The notes beneath the pieces were generated by a model. That model made no database searches, was not told where the DNA came from, and was given only the letters and a program-made list of their open reading frames with translations. The position numbers and the translations under genes were made by a program. This document shows positions 1 through 10,404 of a stretch of 64,000 nt of DNA, one piece after another. The DNA comes from Octopus sinensis (Eukaryota), in assembly GCF_006345805.1 (NCBI RefSeq), contig NC_043000.1:2852001-2916000 (forward strand), read 5' to 3'. The number at the start of each line of letters is the position of its first letter. Within the stretch, counting starts at the first letter, position 1.

Positions 1-478
1 GTCCCCTTCGATTTAGATTCCTAACTACTCCCACATTTTGCGGTGCAGTTTAACCAAATTCGGGTATCTTATAGTCGTGATTCATATCGAGCCAGTCTGG
101 GTATTAGCGCGCGTCTACGATGAGTCTACGATTTTAAAAATAATTTAACATCATTTTTTATTCCATTTTAATGCATATTTTTTCGTGTGTCGATGGCGGC
201 GGAGTTGGCGTCCATGGTCACACCTGCACCTGTTTGCTTCTCCCCCTTCTTCCTTCCCTCGTGAAGCTGTGGGGAAGGGAGCGTAAGGAAATCAACGTCG
301 TAAAGCGTTGTCAAGGAGACCAGCGTTCTTTTAGAACAACGACTTCATGGCTTGAAGACACCAAAACAGAAATGGCTAAGAAAGCCCGAATTGGCATCTA
401 TAAGGGAAGTAACTCTCTAAAAATGCTTATATAGTTATTTCCCTTACAAACCCGAGCAACGCCGGGCGATACTGCTAG
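1..478 (+). mobile_element. 3' end of a non-autonomous Helitron (5' end lies outside the window)
   Basis: Subterminal GC hairpin CCCG-A-GC-AAC-GC-CGGG at 451-466, then CTAG at 475-478 followed by T. This is the canonical Helitron 3' signature. Confidence 0.7.
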
Positions 479-979
479 TTATATATATAGTCTAGGTAGT
501 CAGTTGAGCGATCACTTACCGTAACATCTACACGATATCCGAAACAACGCCCCAGGAGTTCTCAAACCGGAACTTGTCGATCCTCTGATCACTTCGTCTG
601 TGTACTGTTTCGACACTATCAGATTAGTAAGATCCGACAATTAAGGAAGTAACACCTCATTTTCAACCAGAGAACCTCAGCTTCTCTCAGTACAAACATC
701 CATCTTAATTAGGTCGTATTGTACCTCTAACCCACCCCACTTCAAATTCCTCCCCCTTCCCGGTTTCCATCTCAAAACTAGCCAGCTTCTCCGTTATTTA
801 TCTGTGCGTCCATTTACAAGTCTTCAATACCTATAAATCTTTATTTGCAGTTTCGCGTGTTGCTGTGTTTGTATGTACAGCGGTGTATGTGCATACATGG
901 GCGCAACATGTACGCTTTTAATATTGTGTATGTGCGTGTGCGCGTGCGTATGTATTGATATGTTCATCACACTACAGTT

Positions 980-1381
980 ACTCTTTTACTCTTTTACTTG
1001 CTTCAGTCACTGTGGCCATGCTGGAGCACCGCCTTTAGTCGAGCAAATCGACCCCGGGACTTATTCTTTGTAAGCCCAGTACTTATTCTATCGGTCTCTT
1101 TTGCTGAACCGCTAAGTTACGGGGACGTAAACACACCAGCATCGGTTGTCAAGCAATACTAGGGGGACAAACACAGACACACAAACATATACACACACAC
1201 ATATATATATATATATATACATATATACGACGAGCTTCTTTCAGTTTCCGTCTACCAAATCTACTCACAAGGCATTAGTCGGCCCGGGGCTATAGCAGAA
1301 GACACTTGTCCAAGATGCCACGCAGTGGGACTGAACCCGGAACCATGTGGTTGGTTAGCAAGCTACTTACCACACAGCCAC
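980..1381 (-). mobile_element. SINE family A (tRNA-like head, central (TA)/(TG) microsatellite, short A-rich repeat tail)
   Basis: Matches many copies in the window. The head carries B-box-like GGTTCAGTCCC; the first ~9 nt are missing and it is fused to a B copy. Confidence 0.9.
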
Positions 1382-1598
1382 CCACAAGGGGCTAAACACA
1401 GAGGTGACAAGCAAGGACAAATAAACGGATTAAGTCGATTACATCGACCCCAGTGCGTAACTGGTACTTATTTAATCGACCCCGAAAGGATGAAAGGCAA
1501 AGTCGACCTCGGCGGAATTTGAACTCAGAACGTAACGGCAGACGAAATACCGCCAAGCATTTTGCTCGGCGTGCTAACGTTTCTGCCAGCTCGCCGCC
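1382..1598 (-). mobile_element. SINE family B with B1 tail, fused upstream of the A copy
   Basis: Head GGCGGCGAGCTGGCAGAAACG, B-box-like GAGTTCAAATTCC, tail cut after CCCCTTGTGG. TSD ATCACACTACAGTT at 966-979 and 1600-1613 encloses B and A together. Confidence 0.9.
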
Positions 1599-2605
1599 TA
1601 TCACACTACAGTTGTATACGTGAGTAGGTTACTATTTGTATAAGCGTTGGCCTTACCATTGCTCCGCTTATATCAAGCTCTATTTTAAAAGACTTTTGAC
1701 CACCATCCAGTGTCCCCTTCCCTGCTTAATATCTTTTCCCTTATTTCCTCTCACACCACTTCCCTTTCATCCTGCTCCCTCACTCCACACATTGCCCCCA
1801 CACTTCCTCTTCCCTGTTTCTGTCCTCTTCATTCACTGCCACCAGCAAGGACATTAATATCTTTTTCAACTTCCACTGAAGGGCAAAAACCCGAGACATT
1901 AAACTTACCTCCCCTCATAGTAATCAAATGCATCGATGTCTTCCTCACACTAATTATGAAGTTATATCGTTCAGAGCCCCCAAAATTATACGAGAAACAT
2001 TCTATTTTTGCCTTTCTAAATGTTTTATTTTTCCCATTTAAAAAATTTTAACATTTCCTTAATGAGCAATGAAAATTGAACCAAGAAATTTGCTTGCTTG
2101 AGGGTATAATTTTATTTGTTCTCGAATTTCAATTTTTCATAATCTAGATTTGCCAAGATAACGCAAATGAAAGAGGAAAGGGAAATTTCTCTGATTTGCC
2201 AAGCAACATGATAATTCTCCTTTTTATTTTCACATAGATTTTTTGTAGAGTTGGGATTTAGCTTCTATCTCTAGCAGGCTGTGTGACTTGTTTTCATGTG
2301 AATCGGTATTTTGTTCATACATATTTTGCATCGATATGGTAGCTACAAGCTCATTATGCAATTATAACTCTTGTTTGTATCATATATATATAAATTTAAG
2401 GATGAAACTCCTATTTTAAACATTTTTTAAAGGCGCAGGAGTGGCTGTGTGGTAAGTAGCTTGCTTACCAACCACATGGTTCCGGGTTCATTTCCCACTG
2501 TGTGGCACCTTGGGCAAGTGTCTTCTACTATAGCCTCGGGACGACCAAAGCCTTGTGAGTGGATTTGGTAGACGGAAACTGAAAGAAGCCCGTCATATAT
2601 GTATA

Positions 2606-2650
<45 letters not shown>

Positions 2651-2651
<1 letters not shown>

Positions 2652-3100
2652 TTTATTTTAAGCAGCAGCAGAAAATTCAACAAAATCTGTTACTCTGAGT
2701 TTCTCGTTGCCGTTCATCAGACAGTTTTTGCTAGAATGGAACATATATTAATTCAATCTATACTCTTACAAACGCTACACCTTTAAAAAGAAATGGACTT
2801 GTGTTGATTGGCCTTTAGAAAAAACGGTCAATCTTCGAGCGATAAACAAAAAGGTCAAAAATATATGTATATATATATAAAAAAACTTATAAAAATTATA
2901 AAATCCGAGGAAAAAACCGAGGAAAAAACCTATTGCCGTTAATGAAGACAGTGCAAATTAATGCATAGAAATTAAACCTGTTATAAATACTGCAATACAT
3001 ATTTATATTAAAATCTACATATTATATCAACATACACAAAAGGATGCGCGTAAACGCCATACATACATATACAGACGTATGAATATGAATCTAAATATAC

Positions 3101-3110
<10 letters not shown>
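2651..3110 (-). mobile_element. Penelope-like terminal fragment inserted in (TA)n
   Basis: Flanked on both sides by (TA)n and carries a hammerhead fold near its 3' end; no ORF. Confidence 0.55.
2681..2730 (-). ncRNA. Type I hammerhead ribozyme motif
   Basis: Minus strand reads CAAAAACUGU-CUGAUGA-ACG GCAA CGA-GAA-ACUC A GAGU-A-ACAGAUUUUG. Core is intact, helix I is 9/10 paired, helix III is near-palindromic, triplet is GUA, and there is an A.A mismatch at the base of helix II. Confidence 0.75.
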
Positions 3111-3174
<64 letters not shown>

Positions 3175-3917
3175 TGTGCGTGTGTGTGTATGTTTGTGTG
3201 TCTGTGTTTGTCCCCGCCCCCCCAACATCGCTTGACAACCGATGGTGGTGTGTTTATGTCCCCGTAACTTAGCAGTTCGGCAAAAGAGACCGATAGAATA
3301 AGTACTAGGCTTACAAAGAATAAGTCCTGGGGTCGATTTGCTTGACTAAAGGCGGTACTCCAGCATGGCCACAGTCAAATGACTGAAACAATTAAAAGAG
3401 TAAAGAGTTATTTATCTAAGTTATATTGTTATTATTTGTATAGTCTCTATAACACCACATACTAGGCCTAACGTTCGTTTAGTTGAACGCCACCACTTTG
3501 ATCATGAATGTCTTAGGCGCTGTTCGCTATATTGCATGCCTTCAGGCTAGGTATCCGATTACGTCCCAACTCATGCCTTCTAATTATTCGTGTTATTTAT
3601 CCCCCTGTAGATATTGACCTTTACATGTCCGGCCGGGCATCAAACACATCAAGTTTGGAGAAAGGGGCTTCAGTGACTAATGAGTACGGCAGAGTTTTTG
3701 AATATACTCGTATGCTCAAACAAACTCCAAAGAAGCTGATGCTGGTCAGAGTAAGCAAGACTTATATAGTAAATTCGATAAAAAGACAATATTGATCATG
3801 CCGTGGGGAGTGAAAACTTCAACGTTTCGGAAAGAGTCATTCTTCGAAGAAAAGTTGAAAGGATAGAAATTAACGAAAGACAGTATAGTTTTACAAGTAA
3901 AAGACTTTTGGAATAGC

Positions 3918-4145
3918 TGTCCTTTATTTTATGTGGGTGAGACAGATGGTCAGTTAATGGAACACATCTGGAAAAATTTATACGATGTCCGAAACAGTGG
4001 AACTTGCTATTTCAACTCACTCTGTCATTTCCCTGATGACCACTCCGTCTGTAGACTACTTCGATACTATAGCATTAGGAAGATTATAAGATGGTTCTTA
4101 CGAACTGGTAACTTTTCTGCTTCATTAGCAGGCTACAACGAGTAA
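3918..4145 (+). pseudogene. Degenerate Penelope-like GIY-YIG endonuclease fragment
   Basis: Translates CPLFYVGETDGQLMEHI...CHFPDDH, a YVGET-type second GIY-YIG motif. Confidence 0.55.
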
Positions 4146-4248
4146 CCTTAGGCATCTAGCATTCTCCTTCTTGCTTTTCCCATTCCTTTTAGTTAATCTA
4201 ATCATTGTGTGTCTTTCGTAATATTTTAGCTGTTCCCAATAAGCAAAC

Positions 4249-4569
4249 TGTGGAGGCGCAATGGCCCTATGGTTAGGGCAGCGGACTCGCAGTCGGAGGA
4301 CCGCGGTTTCGGTTCCCAGACCGGGCGTTGTGTGCGTTTATTGAGCGAAAACACCTAAAGCTCCACGAGGCTCCCGTAGGAGGTGGTGGCGACCCCTGTT
4401 GTACTCTTTCGCCTCAACTTTCTCTCACTCTTTCTTCCTGTTTCTTGAGTAACGCTGCGATGGACTGGCATCCCGTCCAGCTGGGGGGGGGGACACATAC
4501 GCCACAGAAACCGGGAAACCGGGCCCATGAGTCTGGCTAGGCTTGAAAAGGTCGCATAAAAAATAAATA
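4249..4569 (+). mobile_element. SINE family C with alternative tail C2
   Basis: tRNA-like head shared with C1 copies; tail contains GCGATGGACTGGCATCCCGTCCAG (resembles the MetaSINE domain, from memory). 11-bp TSD AATAAGCAAAC at 4238-4248 and 4570-4580. Confidence 0.85.
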
Positions 4570-4580
4570 AATAAGCAAAC

Positions 4581-5600
4581 CGTTTGCAATAATTCTATCC
4601 CATAATCCACCCCGATCTTCTATATCCATATTACAATGGTGTCCTTCACTGTTCTTAATGCTCCAGCGATTTATTGGCACTTGGAATGTGGTCAGGCGGT
4701 CAATGTCCTCTACCAGCCGGGCAATGCGATCGGCGGAAGTTCTACGCTAGGAATATATAAAAGTCTAGCGGGATGTAAAAGCGGTGACGTCCTTGAGGAA
4801 ATTTTGAGCATCGATGAGGGCGAACTAGGTGGTCTGTGTTAGAGGACTTTCGGCCTGGGGATTACCGTGGATAACTTTCAGAAATCCCTGGTCTGACAGT
4901 GCTACCGAGGGGCACTACCGATTCGAGATAAGACCTGCTACCACAGAAGTGTTGCCAGGCAGGATTGTCCGAGATGCGCGCAGAGCAACGAAACCGTACT
5001 GCATGCACTCGCGCAGTGTTTGAACATTGACTTGTCAAACAGCTGTTGTCACGTGTAGAACGAATCCGATTATCAACCGAGTCTGTCGTGAGGCCACTAC
5101 TTTTAAAAAGGCAGGGTAGGCAGGGTTCTCTGTCTAGTGCAGTGTTTCTCAATCGGAGTCCATATGGCCCTTGGAGATCCAAGTAAGATTTTGATGTTAA
5201 AATTTATGTGCGATAAACTGATTTTATTTCTACAAAACACAAGATATTTTAACGAATTTTTTATACAATTCTTCATAATATTTCATTATAAAAATATTAT
5301 ATGAGTTTTTAGATACCGAATGGCTGTGAAGGTCACTCTATTGAATAAAGTAGGGATCAAAAGGGTCCATAGGTAAAAAAAATGGTTAAGAACTCCTGCT
5401 CTAGTGGCTATGGCGAAAGTTGGTGTGTGGTGGACAAGACTGAAAGGAATAAGGAAAGACACTTTCCTCTTCAGTCAAGCCTTCATCGTCTTTTTTAAAG
5501 TTCCTCCTGGAAAGAAAAGTGAGGATAGAAAGGGAAGTGCTTTTTGTCCCGGTGAATTTGTAAAAAAAGTAGACGACTGTTACAGTGTATGTCCAGTTGA
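4581..5600 (+). mobile_element. Degenerate Tx1-clade LINE 3' ORF2 fragment, interrupted by a hAT MITE
   Basis: NFQKSLV*QCYRGALPIRDK...CPRCAQSNETVLHALAQC and AMAKVGVWWTRLKGI align by eye to the 23955-24731 ORF (NFQKSLTWQCYRGALPVWDK...CPRC...ETVPHAIVQC; AIAKEAVWNTRIKGI). Confidence 0.8.
5140..5398. mobile_element. hAT (Charlie-like) MITE
   Basis: Imperfect TIRs CAGTGTTTCTCAATC / GGTTAAGAACTCCTG. 8-bp TSD GTCTAGTG (5132-5139) and CTCTAGTG (5399-5406). Confidence 0.8.
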
Positions 5601-5647
5601 CTTTCGTTGCTTTTACCTGTTAAACCTCGCTAAGATAAATATTTCAA

Positions 5648-5720
5648 TTAACCTGAAGATTGACTGTAACCATAACTCGAATTATTACGAATTGTACAGC
5701 CATGAAACGATCGTAGTGTT
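5648..5720 (+). ncRNA. Degenerate type I hammerhead motif with long helix II
   Basis: CUGAAGA at 5653-5659, helix II containing CUGUA/UACAG, GAAAC at 5704-5708, palindromic helix III ACGAUCGU, triplet GUA. Helix I is only 2-3 bp. Confidence 0.45.
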
Positions 5721-5935
5721 TTACTCTTTATCTTTTATTAAACTTTCAATACTTTTGATATATATTTAAAATAATATAAATTAATTAATTTTATGTATTG
5801 GCTTATGTTTTTCATTGTTTGATTTGCCTAATAGTGGTTTTATCTCTAATTTAATATAATATAATATTATATATATATATATATATATATAAATCGATTT
5901 TTTTTAACGAGGTATAAACAGTAACTGCACGACAA

Positions 5936-6442
5936 TGTGAGGTATATTTGCCATCTCAATATGGCTAACCATTAAGGGTGGGTGTTACTGTAGCTTGTAG
6001 CCCCAGGAGAACATCTCCTCCAGCTGGCTTTAGGCACACTTTCTGTGCCCTAAGGTATTTGCAAAGGGAGGTCATCCTTCCCTCGTCAACCTAAGTGATA
6101 CGCACGGACTGCAGTTTCTAGGTATTGACCTGTCATCAGCATACGACAATCACCGGTTTTCGATGAAAGGGGTCCCAATGCAAATTCTTATATCATTTTT
6201 CCAGTAACTTTACGTCACTGATCTCGAAAAACTGTATGCAAGCAGTAATAAATGAGGTAGAAACTGCAGTCCGTGCGTATCACTTAGGTTGACGAGGGAA
6301 GGATGATCTCCCTTCGCAAAAACCTTAGGGCACAGAAAGTGTGCCTAAAGCCAGCTGGAGGAGCTGTTCTCATGGGGCTACAAACTACAGTAACACCCAC
6401 CCTTAGTGGTTAGCCATATTGAGATGGCAAATATACCTCACA
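5936..6442. repeat. 185-bp inverted repeat (two divergent PLE-like terminal copies) with 137-bp spacer
   Basis: Arms 5936-6120 and 6258-6442, 7 mismatches by eye. The inner ends coincide with a hammerhead motif. Confidence 0.9.
6101..6145 (-). ncRNA. Type I hammerhead ribozyme motif
   Basis: Minus strand reads CGUAUG-CUGAUGA-C AGGU CAAU ACCU A-GAA-ACUGCAGU-C-CGUGCG. 6-bp helix I with two G.U pairs, fully palindromic helix III, GUC triplet. Confidence 0.8.
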
Positions 6443-7330
6443 GATTTTTTTTGTTTTTTTAGAAAAACATAAAAATCGGAGAAGCCCACTCTAAAAGGTA
6501 GAGCAGTCTATATTTTATTGTTTATAGAGTTACCCTGGATTTCTCGCCATAAGGAGTATCTTTATAGCATATCATCAGACCCTAAGACTTGTTGGCCTAT
6601 GGAGGGGGAAACGAACAGGGTATAAACAATGGGGGTTATCTCTCTCTTCTTGTGGTCATCGGCTTCCGGTTATGTCATCCTACTTCAGCTACGTCACTTG
6701 TCGGTTGTGAGGGTAGACGGTAGGGGGTTATCTCCTACTCTCATCAGTAATCAATTTCCAGCTGTGGTGTAAATATCTCTAATACCGCTATTATTGTTAT
6801 TATGAGGTTCCCAAAACGCTAACAGTAATTTCCTAAAATGTAAGGACGGTCCGAAAATCTCCGCTATAGTGTTCAGTATGTTCCCTGCTACGTGCGAGTT
6901 TTTCAGGATTTCTATGCGTTCGGCTACGCATAGCTTGCAGCGTTTCGTTCCATTTATGTATGGATCCGGATTGTGGAGGAATTTCCATGATATCGAGTAT
7001 GGAATTCCGTCTTCCTTCAGTTGCCAGATATGACTGGCCAGCGATGTTACAAATCTCCTTTCCGGGACCCTGAAGGAGGATTTGTGGTTGGAGGAATTTC
7101 TTGCGCATCCGATGTATTTCCTTGGATGCGTGGAGCTGGTGTCGTGCCTACTATTGCTGATGTTGCTACTGCCACTACTGCTGTGCTCCTAGCATTAAGA
7201 GTATCTTAGCGCTCCTAAGCAACGGGAAGAGGCGGGTTGTTCCTGCAGGATCAGCAACAGTTGCCCAGTAGAAGGCGGCTGCGAAACCAAAGGCGTCGTC
7301 TATCAGGCCGAGGTACGGGCAAATCCGGTC
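6443..7330 (-). mobile_element. 5'-truncated Penelope-like element with an internal inversion of the GIY-YIG domain
   Basis: Minus strand ~7130-6790 gives KYIGCARN...NHKSSF...SLASHIWQLKE...ISWKFL...CKLCVAERIEIL. Plus strand 7214-7315 gives PKQREEAGCSCRISNSCPVEGGCETKGVVYQAEV. Confidence 0.85.
6525..6584 (-). ncRNA. Type I hammerhead ribozyme motif in the PLE 3' region
   Basis: Minus strand reads UAGGGU-CUGAUGA-UAU GCUAUAA AGAUACUCC UUAUGGC GA-GAA-AUCC A GGGU-A-ACUCUA. 6-bp helix I, 7-bp helix II core, GUA triplet. Confidence 0.8.
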
Positions 7331-7378
7331 ATTTCCACCGGCAGGAACTCAGCTGGCAAACAAAAGGCCAGATTCGTC

Positions 7379-7530
7379 ACACTCTGTATCCCGCTGAATC
7401 TCCCTAAGAACTACGTTAAGGGCACAAAAGTGTCTGAGGGATGCTCAGCCACTTACACGTTAATTTCACGGGTAGTCTGTTCCGTTGATCGGATAAACTG
7501 GAACACTCGTCGTTGTAACCGACGGAGTAC
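7379..7530 (+). mobile_element. Diverged 3' fragment of SINE C1
   Basis: Matches the C1 tail (GAACTACGTTAAGGG...CGTAACCGACGGAGT) with many substitutions. Confidence 0.75.
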
Positions 7531-8439
7531 CAGTTAATAACAACCAATTCTTAATAGACTGAGCATTTCTCATCTATTGCAAATGAAAAGTGAAATGATG
7601 GCTGAAGAATATTGTAAAGAATATTTTGGCAGAACCACATATTTGCGGATTTTGGCATAAAATATAAATCGTGCATTTTGTGAGGGAATGGTATCAGGAA
7701 ATTCAAGACAAGAATTTTATCTTGAGCTACCAGAATGGCGATACAGAACTGGACAGCAAGCAGATAAAAATGGATTATTTTAAGGTAATTAAAAACATTA
7801 CGTTCTCCATGATGGGAAAATATTAATATTTCATCATTGCAACATGTATAAAGGATATTAATCCTTTGGAAAGGTCGATATCAACATTGAGAAGACGGTG
7901 AAATGATTTATCGTTGATATATATAGTCACAAAGTCTCACATCAAACAGATATTAGAGTGACATTAGAGCAGGGCAAACTTTGACAACAAATTTAAACAC
8001 GATAGTTTATAAAAAGCAGTGAAGAGAATTGATATTGGATGTCTCCACGGAGAAATATTACAAATTAGAGTATACAGAGAAATATTATCTATACCGATGA
8101 GAAAACTACAGAGATATAAAATAAAAATAAAATCAAAATCGTCATTGGAAGTCTTATGAGACAAGCGACCTGACATCGTCCTTAAACACGAATGAAATAA
8201 AACAGCGATTAATATAATATTTTCTGTTTACAAATACACAACCAAAGCTGTCCAAATACAAATATATGGAGACAGAGATAGCTTAAAAAAATATTGTTAA
8301 ATGGCGCTATTATTGTTGTTTAGTTGCAAGTTCGCCGATGGAGCAGACCTTACGACAATGAGGTTCCAATCGTGAAATTCCAGTTGTTTGCTATATTTAG
8401 GATTACATTATCCAATATATCTTCTTTTATTTTCTCCAG

Positions 8440-8835
8440 CTTGTTTCAGTCAATGAACTGCGGCCATGCTGAGGCACTACCTTGAAGGTTTTAGGTGAAT
8501 ACACTCTGGTAATTTTCTTTTTTTTTCTTATTTTTTATCTGGTACTCAGTCTATCGATCTATTTTGCCGAATCGTTAAGTTATAGGGACTTAAGCAAATC
8601 AACACCAGTTGTCAAGCGGTGAGGTGGGGGAACAAACATAGACTTAAAGACAGACACGCACACTCACTCACACATATACAACGGGTTTCCACATAGTTTC
8701 CGTTTAACAAATTCACTCACAAAGCATTGGTTGGCCTGTGGCTTTAGTAAAAGACACTTGCTCCAGGTGCCGCATGCAGTGGCACTGAAGCAGAAACCTT
8801 GTGGTTGTAAAGCGAGCTTCTTAACTATGAACCCA
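8440..8835 (-). mobile_element. Old, diverged SINE A-type copy
   Basis: Colinear motifs TTGTTTCAGTCA, GCGGCCATGCT, GTTGTCAAGC, AAGACACTTG. Confidence 0.65.
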
Positions 8836-9962
8836 TGACCGAGACAGATTTGAGGGAAAGTAGGCTTTTATTTCTGGCAAAGTTAAACGGCAGCAAATAG
8901 CCTACGCCTCTTGGTGTAGTTTTTATAGCCAGAGAAAAAGATCTTGAAGTAAAAGAAAAAACAAAAAGAAAAAAATGAAAATCTCTCCATTCTTTCTTTA
9001 AGAGATATAACCATGTGGTTAAGAGGTTTCGCTTTGAATGCATGTGTTACAGTTTGATCCCTTTGTGTGGTGCTTTAGAAAAGCGTCTTCGACTGCCGCA
9101 TCGGGTCGACTAATGCTTCGGAAGGCGGCAAACAATATCAAAGCTTGTCATATGTGTATGTGCGCATGTCTGTATTCAATACGTGAATACGTTTTAACGT
9201 TATCTTTTCTTATATAACAAAAGTAATAAAAACAAAATCCGCACGAGCTCATGCGGTTTGTTCGGAGATAGTAAGGTTTCTAAATCAACGTTTCTAGACT
9301 ATCATTACCTCATCATGAGGATAAAGTGATATTGATGTTATTTTACAGTCTCTTTATAGTAGGCAAACTAATGTGATTGGTGTAGGTAATAACCTCAGAG
9401 TTTGAGATAAAATAATTAAAACTTAACTAACAAAACTAGTGTAGGTTTCAAGTATTAATATTAACAATGCGTTTTACTATGAGTCTTGCTTGTTTGTATC
9501 ATTAATCATTAATTTTCGTGTTAAATTCTGTAGGGTATAGATGGGTTGTTCACTAAGTTTTCCTATTTAGTTTTCTTTTGTGTTATATGATATAATGCAT
9601 TGAAATTGCTCCTCATCGTAAGTGAATGGAGTATCGCATTTCTATCGCCAATGAAACAGTTGGAGTCATGAAGTTTACAATTTTCACGTTTGTAATGGAA
9701 CTCATGACTCTAGACTAAGGCGCAGATATGATTGTGTGGTTAAGAAGTTTGCTTGCAACAACGTGGATTTGGGTTCAGTCCCAAACCCCTCCGATGTGCC
9801 GATGGAAAGTAAGGACTCAGCTAAGATTTATGAAATCACAAGACTTATGAAGTTCAAAAATTTACAATGTAATCCACTTCAGCTCAACGGGCTCAAAGTT
9901 TCACAAAATATGAATGGAATCCACGAAGATAATTTCAGAAAAAAAAATCTTCATCAACATAT

Positions 9963-10364
9963 GCGCAGGAGTGGCTGTGTGGTAAGTAGCTTGCTAACCA
10001 ACCACATGGTTGCGGGTTCAGTCCCATTGCGTGGCATCTTGGGCAAGTGTCTTCTGCTATAGCCCCGGGCCGACCAATGTCTTGTGAGTGGATTTGGTAG
10101 ACGGAAACTGAAAGAAGCCTGTCGTATATATGTATATATATATGTGTGTGTGTGTTTGTGTGTCTGTGTTTGTCCCCCTAGCATTGCTTGACAACCGATG
10201 CTGGTGTGTCTACGTCCCCGCCACTTAGCGGTTCGGCAAAAGAGACCGATAGAATAAGTACTGGGCTTACAAAGAATAAGTCCCAGGGTCGATTTGCTCG
10301 ACTAAAGGCGGTGCTCCAGCATGGCCGCAGTCAAATGACTGAAACAAGTAAAGAGTAAAGAGTA
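9963..10364 (+). mobile_element. SINE A, full length
   Basis: Near-identical to other A copies from head to tail. Confidence 0.92.
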
Positions 10365-10404
10365 TATATGAAGAACTAGACCTAAAATTCAGTAGACACT
10401 AACA

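Larger units (their letters stand above)
2432..3408 (+). mobile_element. SINE A interrupted inside its central (TA)n by a ~460-bp insert
   Basis: 5' half at 2432-2650 and 3' half at ~3110-3408 are colinear with other A copies. Confidence 0.9.

Noticed and set aside
601-626. Hammerhead-like CUGAU-AGUGUCGAAACAGUA on the minus strand
   Set aside because: G8 is missing and no helix I pairing is possible.
3812-3856. Hammerhead-like GAAGA...GAAACGUU on the minus strand
   Set aside because: C3-U4 are absent and helix II is not convincing; at best a decayed relic.
5936-6442. Interpretation as a DNA-transposon MITE
   Set aside because: No TSD outside the arms, and the inner ends fall on a hammerhead motif, favouring a PLE origin.
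9281-9320. AUGAUGA...GAAACGUU on the minus strand
   Set aside because: Core is altered and helices I and II pair poorly.
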